From Pristiophorus japonicus (Eukaryota), in contig NC_091984.1 in the NCBI RefSeq assembly GCF_044704955.1, positions 145,390,001 to 145,454,000 of the forward strand: a stretch of 64,000 nt of DNA, in the 5' to 3' direction. The notes under the pieces are model-generated. The model made no database searches and had not been told where the DNA came from. It saw only the letters and a program-made list of their open reading frames with translations. The first letter of the stretch is position 1. Every line of letters begins with the position of its first letter. Below are positions 9,775 to 22,850 of this stretch, piece by piece. Made by a program: the position numbers and the translations under genes.

Positions 9775-11482
9775 ATAAGAACATTAGGAGCAGGAGGAGG
9801 CCATTCGGCCCCTTGAGCCTGCTCTGCCATTCAATAAGATCATGGCTGATCATTCCCTCAGTACCCCTTTCCTGCTTTCTCTCCATACCCCTTGATCCCC
9901 TTAGCCGTAAGGGCCATATCTAACTCCCTCTTGAATATATCTAATGAACTGGCATCAACAAATCTCTGCGGCAGGGAATTCCACAGGTTAAAGAGCTGAG
10001 TGAAGAAGTTTCTCCTCAGCGCAGTCCTAAATGGCCTACCCCTTATCCTAAGACTGTGTCCCCTTGTTCTGGACTTCCCCAACATCAGGAACATTCTTCC
10101 TGCATCTATCCTGTCCAGTCCCGTCAGAATTTTATATGTTTTTGTGAGATTCCCTCTCATCCTTCTCAACTCCAGTGAATAAAAGCCCAGTTGATCCAGT
10201 CTCTCCTCATATGACAGCCCAGCCATCCCTGGAATCAGTCTGGTGAACCTTCGCTGCACTCTGTCAATAGCAAGAACATCCTTCCTCAGACTAGGAGACC
10301 AAGACTGAACACAATATTCCAGGTGAGGTCTCACTAAGGCCCTGTACAGCTGCATTAAGACCTCTCTGCTTCTATATTCAAATCCCCAAGCAATGAAAGC
10401 CAACATACCATTTGCCTTCTTTACCGCCTGCTGTACCCGCATGCCGACTTTCAGTGACTGATGAACCATGACACCCAGGTCTCATTGCAACTCACCTTTT
10501 CCTAGTTTGCTGACATTCAGATAATATTCCGACTTTGTGTTTTTGCCCCCAAATTGGATAACCTCACATTTATCCACATTATACTGCATCTGCCATGTAT
10601 TTGCCCACTCACCTAACCTGTCCAAGTCACCCTGCTGCCTTTTAGCGTCCTCCTCACAGCTCACACCGCCACCCAGTTTAGTGTCATCCACAAACTTGGA
10701 GATATTACACTCTATTCCTTCATCTCATTCGTTAATGTACATTGTAAAGAGCTGGGGTCCCAGCACTGAGCCCTGCGGCACTCCACTAGTCACTGCCTGC
10801 CATTCTGAAAAGGACCCGTTTATCCTGACTCCCTGCTTCCTGTCTGCCAACCAGTTCCCTATCCATGTCAGTATATTACCGCCAATACCATGTGCTTTGA
10901 TTTTGCACACCAATCCCTTGTGTGGGACCTTGTCAAAAGACTTTTGAAAGTCCAAATACACCACATCCACTGGTTCTCCCTTGTCCACTCTGCTAGTTAC
11001 ATCCTTGAAAAATTCCAGAAGATTCGTCAAGCATGATTTCCCTTTCATAAATCCATGCTGACTTGGTCTGATCCTGTCACTGCTTTCCAAATGCGCTGCG
11101 ATTTGATCCTTAATGATTGATTCCAACATTTTCCCCACGACTGATGTAGAGCTATTGGGTCTATAATTACCCATTTTCTCTTTCCCTCCTTTTTAAAAAA
11201 AGTGGTGTGACATTAGCTACCCTCCAGTCCATAGGAACTGATCCAGAGTCGATAGACTGTTGGAAAATGATCACCAATGCATCCACTATTTCTAGGGCCA
11301 CTTCCTTGAGTACTCTGGGATGCAGACTATCAGGCCCCTGGAATTTATCGGCCTTCAATCCCATCAATTTCCCTAATACAATTTCCCACCTAATAAGGAT
11401 ATCCTTCAGTTCCTCCTTCTCACTAGACCCAGTGTCTCCTAGTACCTTCGGAAGGTTATTTGTATATTCCTTCATGAAGACA
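9775..11482 (-). mobile_element. CR1 LINE, 5'-truncated
   Basis: ORFs 9858-10469, 10482-10691, 10725-11174 and 11167-11580 are consecutive CR1 RT segments. Confidence 0.93.
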
Positions 11483-11694
11483 GTACCACGGAGGGGAGGG
11501 TTCTCAGGGGACCAGGGTGGGGGGTGGCGGTCGGTGAGTGGGCTCGGGGACCAGGGGACCAGCCAGTCGCCACTCTGCACACACTCTGTTCCCTCTGTGT
11601 CTCAGTCCAGTGTTGCAGTGAGGAGTTTAGGATCTGAGGCTCAGGCTGGTTCTCCGGCACCAACAGCGCCCTGTTGGGTAAGGGTATTAAGGGT

Positions 11695-14350
11695 TAAGAA
11701 CATAAGAAATAGGAGCAGGAGTAGGCCACCTGGGCCCTCGAGTCTGCCCCGCCATTTAATAAGATCATGGCTGATCTGATCTTGGACACAGCTCCACTTC
11801 CCTGCCCGGTCCCCATAACCCTTTATTCCCTTATCGCTCAAAAATCTGTCTATCTCCACCTTAAATATAATCAATGACCCAGCCTACACAGCTCTCTAGG
11901 GCAGAGATTTCCACAGATTTACAAGCCTCTGAGAGAAGAAATTCCTCCTCAACTCAGTTTTAAATGGACGGCCCCTTATTCTGAGACTATGATCCCTAGT
12001 ACTAGTTTCCCCTATGTGTGTAAATATCCTCACTGCATCCAACTTGTCGCCCCCTCATTATCTTATATGTTTCGATAAAATCACCTCTCATTCTTCTGAA
12101 CTCCAATGATTATATGCCTAACCTACTCAACCTATCCTCATAAGTCAAACCTCTCATCTTCAGAATCAATCCAGTGAAACTTCTCTGAACTGCTGCCAAT
12201 GTAAGTATATCCTTTCTGAAGTATGGATACCAAAACTGCACACAGTACTCCAGGTGTGGCCTCACCAATACCTTGTATAGATGTAGCAGGATTTCTCTGC
12301 TTTTATACTCTATCTCCCTTGCAATTAAGGCCAACATTTCATTTGCCTTCCTGATTATTGCTGTAACCGCATACTAACTTTTTGTGTTTCATGCACAAGG
12401 TCCCCTTTGCAATTTTTCTCCATTTGAAAATTAATTTGCTTTCCTCTTCGTTCTGCCAAAGTGGAAAACCTCACATTTTCCCACATTACACTCCATCTGC
12501 CAAATTTGTGCCCATTCACTTAGCCTGTCTATATCCCTTTGCAGACTATTTGTGTCCTCCTCACAATTTGCTTTCCCACCCATCTTTGTCTTATAGGGTG
12601 ATTATTTTTCATTCTACTCTGATACTTAGAAATCGACTGAAGACATACAATCGCCCTTCCTGGCTGTATCTATTGTAGGTTTGTGGTCGTTGGTTCTGTG
12701 ACCAGTTGATCTTCTTTTGGCCATTCTCTGCAGTGTTGTTCCCTCCATGTACGTTCCGTACTACATGTCCTTCTGTCCATTCATCTGTTTGTTCTTTCGA
12801 CCTGTGTCCATCTGTACACGTGTCCTTCTATTTCTTCTGTGTGCTTCTTCTTCCGTCTGTTCCTGTCCTTCTTCCGTATTCTGCAGAGCTGCTTCTAGCT
12901 CGCATATTTATATCCAGGTTATGACTGATCTCCCGCCACTGCGGTTTCTGATAAAGTGTTTGCATCGATATATTGTTTTGTGGTCCCCTTGGTTGATTGA
13001 CTGCAATAATGGACTCATCTGTTTTCCCATTTGCACACTGAGTCTGTAAGGCTCAAGTTGATTTCTCATCTTCACACCTCATCACAAAAGATGTGCACCT
13101 AGTGTGGTTCCTTTGTTGTTTGGTCTTTTTACAGACTTGGTGTCTCCAGTGAGCTTGTTTTCCCCACCTTGGTCTATCAAGTTCAGGACCTCATGTAACA
13201 ACTCCATTCTTGTTATGCATGGAGTCAGTTTTGTTCCCTGACCAAGAATGCCCTTAATTGTCCAGGCTTAATTCCAAAAGCTTGTATTAATCTTTAGTTC
13301 ATGGTCTCCTTCTGTGCTTTTCTGAAGATTAGTAACCTTACACTCCCTCCTTTAATGTTTTGCTAATATGAAACTAGAGACATTACTTGTGGAGTTATTT
13401 TTCCATGAGCTCTATTTGGGTGTATTGCAGTCTCAGTCAAAAACTTCAGATTACATTCCTGTTTTACATCAAAAAACAGTACTTTTTCCTGACAAACCAA
13501 CACTTGTACAACAAAAATGTTCGGCCTTGATCTGACTTCAGTTTTATATACAAACACTTTGGCTTTGGTTCATCTAAACAACCCTTCAACATTCCCTTCC
13601 TTTGTATTCTGTTTTAACTTACAAGATAAGATAAATAGTTACACCAAAGAACCAACGATACAATGGCTAGTGCATGAGACACGATTAGAACCCAGGAGAG
13701 AATCTGAATATTGAATCCCAAATCCCATTTTGGAGCGGCCATTATTTCCTCAATTTCCTCCCTTACTTTTTCATTTGTTTGGTGTAATGTGTAATAGTCT
13801 TTGTTGGATAGCTCAATATCCTTCTTTGCATCATCAGCAAATTTGGCAACATTACACTCTGTCCCTTCATCTAAGTCATTAATGTAAATAATTGAGGCCC
13901 CAGCACCGATCCCTGCGGCACCCCATTAGTTACCGTTTGCCAATGGGAAAGTGAACCCTTTATCCTGACTCTCTGTTTTTTGTTAGTTAGCCAATCTTCT
14001 ATCCATGCTAATATATTACCCCCAACCCCGTGAACTTTTATCTTGTGCTTTTTATGTGGCACCTTATCGAATGCCTTCTGGAAATCCAAATACACCACAT
14101 CTACTGGTTCCCCTTTATCCACCCTGCTCGTTACATCCTCAAAGAATTCCAGCAAATTTGTCAAACGTGATTTCCCTTTCATAAATCTGTGCTGACTCTG
14201 CTTGATTGAACCATGCTTTTCCAAATGTCCTGCTACTGCTTCCTTAATAATGGACTCCAGCATTTTTCCAACCACAGATGTTAGGCTAACTGGTCTATAG
14301 ATTCCTGCTTTCTGTCTGCCTCATATTTTAAATAGGGGCGTTGCATTTGC
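11695..14350 (-). mobile_element. CR1 LINE (TTCTTATG-tail subfamily) interrupted by a retrovirus-like insert
   Basis: CR1 sequence breaks at ...CCCATCTTTG (12588) and resumes at TCTTTGCATCATCAGC (13823). Confidence 0.88.
12587..13822 (-). mobile_element. Endogenous retrovirus-like remnant: env-like tail, PPT and ~755-bp 3' LTR
   Basis: On the minus strand: an open frame 13820-13614 ending in a hydrophobic segment, PPT AAAGGAGGGAG (13353-13343), TGTAAGG at 13342, TATAAATA (12912-12905), and an ...ACA end at 12587. Confidence 0.7.
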
Positions 14351-14414
14351 TGTGCGTGGTTTGGAGAGGGCGTTAAAAGTAGCGGTGACATCCAGAATAC
14401 CAAATTTTGCCTCA

Positions 14415-14830
14415 ATTCAACAACAACAACTTGTATTTATATAGCGCCTTTAACGTAGTGAAACGTCCCAAGGCACTTCCCAGGAGTATTATGAGATACA
14501 AAATTTGATACCGAGTCACATAAGAAGAAATTAGTGTAGGTGACCAAAGAGGTATGTTGTAAGGAGCGTCTTGAAGGTGGAAAGAGAGGTCGAGAGACGG
14601 AGAGGTTTAGGGAGGGATTCCAGAGCTTGGGGTCTCAGCAACAGAAGGCACGGCCACCAATGGTTGAGCAATTATACTCAGGGATGCTCAGGAGGGCTGA
14701 ATTGGAGGAGCACAGACATCTCGGGGGGTTGTGCGGCTGGAGGTGATTATAGTGATAGGGAGGGGTGAGGCCATGGTGGGATTTGAAAACAAGGATGATA
14801 ATTTTTTAAAAAGAGGCGTTGCTTAATAGG
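14415..14830 (-). mobile_element. L2-like LINE 3' end
   Basis: (CAA)n-TTGTATTTATATAGCGCCTTTAACGTAG...CCCAAGG reverse tail, shared with the SINE tails in this window. Confidence 0.65.
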
Positions 14831-14844
14831 CAGCCGATATCGGT

Positions 14845-15050
14845 CTCTACTTCCCCACCCGCCTCCTCTCACCGAGCCATTCTCACCGCCCCCCACCTCC
14901 AGCCGCTCCCCTGCCTTCCTTCCTCACTTCCGCCCTCCTCACACCACATCCCTCACCCTCCCTCCCCCCATCCCAACTCACCCCTCACTCCCTCCCAAAC
15001 TCCCTACCTCACATGCCCCTCCCCCCTCCCATCGCCTCTGCCCTTCCCGA
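14845..15050. repeat. C-rich low-complexity tract
   Basis: CT/CCA-rich composition. Confidence 0.8.
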
Positions 15051-15452
15051 ACCGGAGTAGACCATTCGGTCCCGAGAGCCTGCTCCGCCATTCAATGAGA
15101 TCATGGCTGATCATCTACCGCAACTCAACTTTCCTGCACTGTCCCCATATCCCTTGATTCTCTTTGTATCCAAAAATCTATCGATCTCCGTCTTGAATAT
15201 ACTCAAAGACCGAGCCTCCACAGCCCTCTGGGGCAGAGAATGACAGAGATTCAACACCCTCTGAGTGAAGAGGTTTCTCCTCATCTCAGACCTAAATGGC
15301 CGACCTCTTATTCTGAGACTGTGACACCTGGTTATAGACTCCCCAGCCAGAGGAAACATCCGCCCTGCATCTACACTGTCAAGCCCTGTCAGAATCTTAT
15401 ATGTTTCAATGAGATCCCCTCTCATTCTTCTAAACTCTGGAGAGTATAGGCC
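15050..15452 (-). mobile_element. CR1 3' fragment
   Basis: RRMRGDLIETYKILTG...RRNLFTQRVLNL. Confidence 0.88.
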
Positions 15453-15744
15453 TTGGAACTGCGAAACCAAGGCGGGTAGATGGAGTTCAGATACAGATGA
15501 GCCTGATCTGATTGAATGGGGAACAGGCTCGAGGGGCTGAATGGCCTCCTCCTGTTCATTGTGTCCAGCAGCAGCTGTGTACCTCTCCACAACCTCATCT
15601 TGACTTTTATCAGTCGCATCAGAGCCTTGATTCCCTCACCAGGAGGCTGGTGTTTCCAGATCAATGTCCAGCTGATCGATGCCATGAGTCAGACTCTGTG
15701 AGTGCTGTCAGCGGGTGGAAAGGCTGCTCTAACTGCAGCCTTGT

Positions 15745-16280
15745 TCTAATGCATTTGGGGAGGGGCAACAAGGCAAGGGAATACACAATAAATGGGAGGG
15801 TACTGAGAGGGGTGGAGGAACGGAGGGACCTTGGAGTGCATGTCCACAGATCCCTGAAGGTAGCAGGCCAGGTCGATAAGGTGGTTAAAAAGTCATTCGC
15901 AATACTTGCCTTTATTAGCCGAGGCATAGAATAGAAGAGCAGGGAGGTTCTGCTTGAACTGTATAAAACACTAGTTAGGCCACAGCTAGAGTACTGTGTG
16001 CAGTTCTGGTCACCACATTACAGGAAAGATGTGATTACACGAGAAAGGGTACAGAGGAGGTTCACGAGGATGTTGCCGGGACTGGAGAATTTTAGCTATG
16101 AGGAAAGATTGGATCTGCTGGGTGTGTTTTCTCACCACATTTAAAAATACTTGGATGTGCACTTAAAGTGCTATAACCCACAGGGCTACGGACCCAGAGC
16201 TGGAAAGTGGGATTAGGCTGGGTAGCTCTTTGTTGGCCGGTGCGGACATGATGGGCCGAAATGGCCTCCTTTCGTGCTGT
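15745..16280 (+). mobile_element. Older CR1 fragment(s)
   Basis: MHLGRGNKAREYTINGRVLRGVEERRDLGVHVHRSLK, plus a TTCTGTGATTCTAT tail near 16290. Confidence 0.85.
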
Positions 16281-16734
16281 AATTTTCTGTGATTCTATAA
16301 TCGTGCTGGTGGTGTTGACCACTTTAAAAGTCGCAGCATACATTTTATTGAAGCTATTTCCGTCCCCGGTTTTCCCGCTGCCAATAGTTGGATCAATCGA
16401 TGCTGTAACGCCCCCTTGTGGTACATCTATATGGGCTCCACCCAAACCCCTGCTTTCAACCCTTGAACCCACATTGCCTACGCTAGCTGGAACCCCGCTC
16501 CTTAATCACAGCATCTCACAGCACAGAGGGAGGCCATTCAGCCCATCAAACCTGTGCTGGTTCTTTGAAAGAGCAATGGACTACGATGGCCTGGACTAAT
16601 GATCCAGAGACACGAGTTCAAATCCCACCACGGCAGCTGGGGAATTTAATTCAGTTCATTAAATAAATCTGGAATAAAAAGCTAGTGTCAGTAATGGTGA
16701 CCACGAAACTGCCGGATTGTCGTAAAAACCCATC

Positions 16735-19700
16735 TACCTGGCCTGCTACCTTCAGGGATCTGTGGACATGTATACCAAGGTCCCTTTGTTCCTCAAAAAT
16801 CCTCAGTATCCGACAATTTAATAAGTATTCCCTTGCCTTGTTATCCTTCCCCAAAAGCATTACCTCAGACTTCTCTGGATTAAATCCCATTTGCCACTGT
16901 TCTGCCCACCTGACAATTTCATTGTTATCTTCTAGCAGTCTCCAGCTTTCTTCTTCATTATCAACAACACAGCCAATTTTAGAATCGTCTGCAAACTTCT
17001 TAATCATACCCCCTACATTCAAGTCTAAATCATTGATATATACCACAAAAAGCAAGGGACCGAGTACTGAGCCCTGCAGAACCCCACTGGAAACAGCCTT
17101 CCAGTCACAAAAACACCCATCAACCATTACCCTTTGCTTCCTGCCTCTGAGCCAACTTTGGAACCAACTTACCACTTTGCCCTGGATCCCATGGACTTTT
17201 ACTTTCGTGACCAGTCTGCCATGTGAGACCTTATCAAATGTCTTGCTAAAATCCATATACAGTACATCAAACGTGCTAACCTCATCGACCCTCCTTATTT
17301 CTTCCTCCATTAATTCAATTAAGTTAGCCAGACATGATCTTCCCTCAAAAAATCCATGCTGATTGTCCTTGATTAACCCATCTATCTAAATGAAGATTTA
17401 TCCTGTCTCTCAGGAATTTTTCTAACAATTTTCCCACCAGCGGGGTTCGGCTGACTGGCCTGCAATGTACGTAGTTAATGTAACACCACTTTTTAAAAAG
17501 GGAGGGAGCGATGAAAACGGGTAATTATAGACCAGTTAGACTGACATCAGTAGTGGGGAAAATGTTGGAATCATTTATTAAGGATGAAATAACAGCGCAT
17601 TTGGAAAGCAGTGACAGGATCGGTCCAAGTCAGCATGGATTTGTGAAAGGGAAATCATGCTTGACAAATCTTCTGGAATATTTTTAGGATGTAACTATTA
17701 GAGTGGACAAGGGAGAAGCAGTGGATGTGGTGTATTTGGACTTTCAAAAGGCTTTTGACAAGGTCCCACACAAGAGATTGTTGTGCAAAATCAAAGCACA
17801 TGGTATTGGCGGTAATGTACTGACGTGGATAGAGAACTGGTTGGCAGACAGGAAGCATAGAGTCGGGATAAATGGGTCCTTTTCAGAATGGCAGACAATG
17901 ACTAGTGGAGTGCCGCAGGGCTCAGTGCTGGGACACCAGCTCTTTACAATATACATTAATGATTTAGATGAAGGAATTGAGTGTAATATTTCCAAGTTTG
18001 TAGATGATACTAAACTGGGTAGCAGTGTGAGCTGTGAGGAGGACGCTAAGAGGCAGCAGGGTGATTTGGATAGCTTCGGTGAGTGGGCAAATGCATGGCA
18101 GATGCAGTATAATGTGGATAAATGTGAGGTTATCCAATTTGGGGGCAAAAACACAAAGGCAGAATATTATCTCAATGGTGACAGATGAGGAAAAGGGGAG
18201 TTGCAACGAGACCTGGCTGTCATGGTTCATCAGTCATTGAAAGTTGGCATGTAGGTACAGCAGGCGGTGAAGAAGGCCATTGGTATGTTGGCCTTCATAG
18301 CTAGGGGGTTTGAGTATAGGAGCAGGGAGGTCTTACTGCAGTTGTACAGGCCTCAGCTGGAATATTGTGTTCAGTTTTGGTCTCCTAATCTGAGGAAGGA
18401 TGTCCTTTCTATTGAGGGAGTGCAGCGAAGGTTCACCAGACTAATTCCCGGGATGGCTGGACTGCCATATGAGGAGAGACTGGATCTACTGGATCTTTAT
18501 ACACTGGAATTTATAAGGATGAGAGGGGATCTCATAGAAACATATAAGATTCTGACGGGACTGGACAAGTTAGATGCGGGAAGAATGTTCCCGATGTTGG
18601 GAAGTCTAGAAGCAGGGGACATAGTCTGAGGATAAGAAGTGAGCCTTTTTGCACTGAGATGAGGAGAAACTTCTTCACTCAGAGATTTGTTCACCTGTGG
18701 AATTCCCTGCCGCAGGGAGTTGTTGATGTCAGTTCATGGATATGTTCAAGAGGGAGTTAGATTTGGTCCTTACGGCTAAAGGGATCAAGGGGTATGGAGA
18801 GAAAGCAGGAAAGGGGTACTGAGGGAATGATTCGTTATAATCTTATTGAATGGCGGTGCAGGCTCGAAGGGCCGAATGGCCTGCTCCTGCACATATTTTC
18901 TGTGTTTCTATTTTTCTTTGTAATTAATCGGTCTATCCCTTTCTCCCTTTTTAAAAAAAGGTGCAACATTAGCTATCCTCCAGTCCTCTGGCACCACACC
19001 TGTATCCCGAGAATTGGAAAATGATGGTCAGAGCCTCTGGTATTTCCTTTTTGCTTCTCTTAATAGCCTGGGATACATTTCATCCAGGCCTGGGGATTTA
19101 TCCACTTTCAAATCTCGGAAACCCCTTAATACTTCCTCTCTCACTATCTTTATTTCATCTAATATTTCACACTTCTCTTCCCTGATTGCAATATCTGCAT
19201 CGACCCTCTCTTTTGTGAAAACAGACGCAAAGTATTCATTACGAACCATATCGACATCTTACATCTCCACACACAGATTACCTTTATGGTCTTTAATTGG
19301 CACTACTCTTTCTGTAATTATCCTCTTGCTCTTAATGTATTTATAAAACATCTTTGGGTTTTCCTTGATTTTACTTGCCAAGATGTTTTCATGCTCTCTC
19401 TTTGCTTTCCTAATTTCCTTTTTAATTGCAGCCCTGCACTTTCTATACTCCTCTAAAGTTCCTGCAGTATTGAGCCCTCGGTATCTGTCATAAGCCTCCC
19501 TTTTTTACTTTATCCTACACTGTATTTCCCTTGACATTCAGGACCTCGAGATTTGTTAGCCCCAACCGTTTTCTTTAAGGGAACAGACTTACTCTGAAAC
19601 CACAGGATTTCCTCCTTGAATGCCTCCCACTGCTCTGACACTGATTTACCTTCAAGTAGCCGTTTCCAGTCCACTTTGGCTAAATCTCATCTCAGCTCAG

Positions 19701-21540
19701 CTAAATTGGCTTTTCCCCAATTGAGAACGTTTATTGCTGGTCTCTATTTGTCCTTTTCTATAACTATTCGACATCTAACTGAATTATGATCACTGGCACC
19801 AAAATGCTCTCCCACTGATACCCCTTCCACCTGCCCCTCTTCATTCCCAACCAAGTCCAGAACCGTCCCCTCCCTTTTTGGGCTTGTTACAAACTGGCTA
19901 AAAAAAGTTCTGCTGAAAGCATTTTAGGAATTCCACACCCTCAATACCTTTCACACTAATTTTATCCCAGTTAATTTTAGGGTAGTTGAAATCCCCTCCT
20001 ATTACTGCCCTATAGTTTTTGCACTTGTCATAAATGTCCCTATATATTTGCTCTTCTCTCTCCCTCTGACTGTTTGGGGGTCTATAGTACACTCCCAGCA
20101 GTGTGATTACCCCTTTTTCGTTCTTCAATTTGACCTATATGGCCTCATTTGATGATCCTTCCGACATATCATCCCTTCTCACAGATTTAATTGTTTCTTG
20201 CAGTTGTTTCAGAACTGCGACCCCCTCCTTTTTTATCCCCCTCTCCAACCCGTCTGAAAACCCTGTAACCATGAATGTTGAGCTGCCATACCTGCCCTTC
20301 TTTCAGCCATGTCTCAGTAATAAGCTATAATATAGTACTCCCAAATGTTTATCTGTGCTCTCAGCTCATCTGTCTTATTCCCTATACTCCTTGCATTGAA
20401 GTACATACCATTTACCACTGCCAAACTGCCTTGCTGCCTATTTTCTAAGCTTTGTTTCCTCTGTCTCCCAAATTTACTTTCTACTTTTCTGCTTTCTAAT
20501 TCCAGCTTTGCTTCTCGCCCGACTGAATCTATTCTCCGGTTCCCATCCCCCTGCCAAGCTAGTTTAAACCCTCCCCAACCACACTAGCAAATGCTGTCGT
20601 GAGGATTTTGGTCCCAGCTCTGTTGAGGTGCAACCCATTCGGCTTGTACAGGTCCCACCTCCCCCAGAAACGGTCCCAGTGCCTCAGGAAACTAAAGCCC
20701 TGCCTCCTGCACCATCTCTCCTGCCATGCATTCATCTGCTCTATCCTCCTATTTCTGTACTCACTAGCACGTGACACTGGGAGTAATCCAGAGTTTACTA
20801 TCTTTGAGGTCTTGCTTTTTAATCTCGCTCCTAGCTCCCAAAACTCTGCCTGTAGGACCTCATCCCTCTTTCTACCGATGTCATTGGTACCGATTTGGAC
20901 CACAACCTCTGGCTGTTCACCCTCCCCCCTCAGAATGTACTGCAGCCACTCAGTGTCATCCTTGAACCTGGCACCAGGCAGGCAACAACCCATTCTGGAG
21001 TCACGTCTGCGGCCGCAGAAATGCCTGTCTGTTCCCCTAACTATCGAATCCCCTACCACTATTGCTCTTCCACTCTTCTTCCTCCCCCCTGTGCAGCTGA
21101 GCCACCTGTGGTGCCGTGGACTTGGCTCTGGCTGCACTTCCTAGAGGAACCATCGCCCCCACCAGTACTCACAACACAATACTGGTTGGAGAGCGAGATG
21201 GACTCAGGGCACTCTTGCACTACCTGCCTGGACCTCCTCTTCTGTCTGGTGGTCACCCATTCCCTCTCTGCCTGCACACTCTTAAGCTGCGGGGTGACCA
21301 CCTCTAGAAACGTGCTATCCACGAAGTTCTCAGCCTCGCGGATGCACCACAGTGACTCCAGCCGCCGCTCAATCTCTGAAACGCGGAGCTCGAGTTGCTG
21401 TAGCTGGTGACACTTCCTGCACATGTGGTCGTCCAGGCCATGAGAAGCATCCAGGACTTCCCACATGGCACAGGATGTGCTTTTCATGGGACAGAACTGC
21501 TCTGCCATGCCTCTATTTAATAGACTGAGAACTGACTGAG
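16735..21540 (-). mobile_element. Near full-length degenerate CR1 (ORF1 zinc-finger/leucine zipper and SGNH esterase; ORF2 APE endonuclease and RT), interrupted at 17476-18912
   Basis: ORF1: CAMWE...CRKCHQLQQLELRVSEIERRLESL and AIVVGDSIVRG...IGTNDIG...NGLHLN. ORF2: GVYYRPPN...GGDFNYP (endonuclease) and MDFSKTFDKVSH...QGSVLGP...FADD (RT). Confidence 0.9.
17476..18912 (+). mobile_element. CR1 LINE inserted antisense within the larger CR1
   Basis: RT ORFs 17703-18188 and 18267-18629, with a tail at ~18900. The host CR1 resumes at ~18920. Confidence 0.92.
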
Positions 21541-22207
21541 CAGAAATAAAATTAAAACTATAAAAAAGCAGAAAATGGCCTGGCCGACATCAATCAGGCC
21601 ATAATTTTTTCACCCCATCATTCCTCATCTTTCCTGATAGCTAAAATTTTCCAGTCCAGGCAACTTCTTCCTGTGTGCAATCGGTTGTAAAGCACCTTGG
21701 GACGTCTTGAGGTTGTGAAAAGCGCTATATAAATTCAAGGCTTTATTTCATTGAAGTGGGAGGGCCCTGATCTGACCTTCGCCAATTGTCTGCGCACTCT
21801 GACCTTCCAGGAGGTCATGGGATCATTGGGAGCAGTGACCCTGCCTGACCCCGGTACACTGATGCTGATTGTAGCCTCACCTTTGACCTCTGGGCAGCAA
21901 GCTTTTAAATGCAATCTGGAAGCTTCTACACCAACACCCAAAATGAACCTTGCTGAAGTGTGTTTATACAAGTGTGTCGCAATATTCCCAGATAAAGTTC
22001 TCCCGATCTGTGTGTGATCTGAGCTTTCTCACTGCTGAGCCTGTTTCCCCTGTATCCACACATCTACAGTTCGAGCTTCCTGCCAGTGAACAGCATCTTA
22101 ACTGAACACTCAGTCTTTACCGACTCTTACTGTTAACCATTTCAGTGCTGAATGTGTGCCAACCCTGCACTGCAGATGTTTATACAACAGTCCAATATGA
22201 TTTTGAG

Positions 22208-22635
22208 TATCAGCCGTGGCTCAGTGTGTTGCACTCTCGCCTCTGAGTCAGAAGGTTGTGGATTCAAGTCTCAATCCAGGGACTTGAGCACAAAAATCTA
22301 GGCTGACACTGCAGTGCAGTGCTGATGGAGCACTGCACTGTCGGAGGTGCCGTCTTTTGGATGAGACTTTAAACCAAGGCCCGATCTGCCCTCTCAGGTG
22401 GATGTAATAGATCCCATGCCACTATTTCGAAGAAGAGCAGGGGAGTTCTCGCCGGTGTCCTGGTCAATATTTATCCCTCAACCAACATGACAAAAGAACA
22501 GATTATCAGGTCGTTATCACATCGCTGTTTGTGGGAGTTTGCTGTGCACAGATTGGCTGCTGTGTTTCCCACATTACAACAGTGACTACACTCCAAAAGT
22601 ACTTCATTGGCTGTAAAGCGCTTTGAGATGTCCAC
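22208..22635 (+). mobile_element. tRNA-derived SINE (shark SacSINE1/DeuSINE-like) with an L2-type tail
   Basis: A-box-like TGGCTCAGTG and B-box-like GGATTCAAGTC. Its body (GATCCCATG...GAAGAGCAGGGGAGTTCTC) and tail (CATTGGCTGTAAAGCGCTTTG) recur at ~9515-9680 and ~45960-46125, and the tail alone at ~21670-21745. Confidence 0.8.
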
Positions 22636-22850
22636 CTTACAATCAAACGCATTTTTATTCAGACTAAACTTATCAAACGAGGCAAAGAAGATTAAGAATT
22701 AGTGTTGCTAGCCTCTAATGATTAAACACCAGCCAGGAGTTCATTAACCCAGCTCTCCGTTATCAGATGTGACGGAGACACATACGGAGACACACACACA
22801 CACACAAACATTAATATACACCTGTTAAACATCCTTCTCCTCCCTTTCAG

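Noticed and set aside
22208-22290. tRNA gene
   Set aside because: The A/B-box head continues into a SINE body and tail, and no full cloverleaf is evident.
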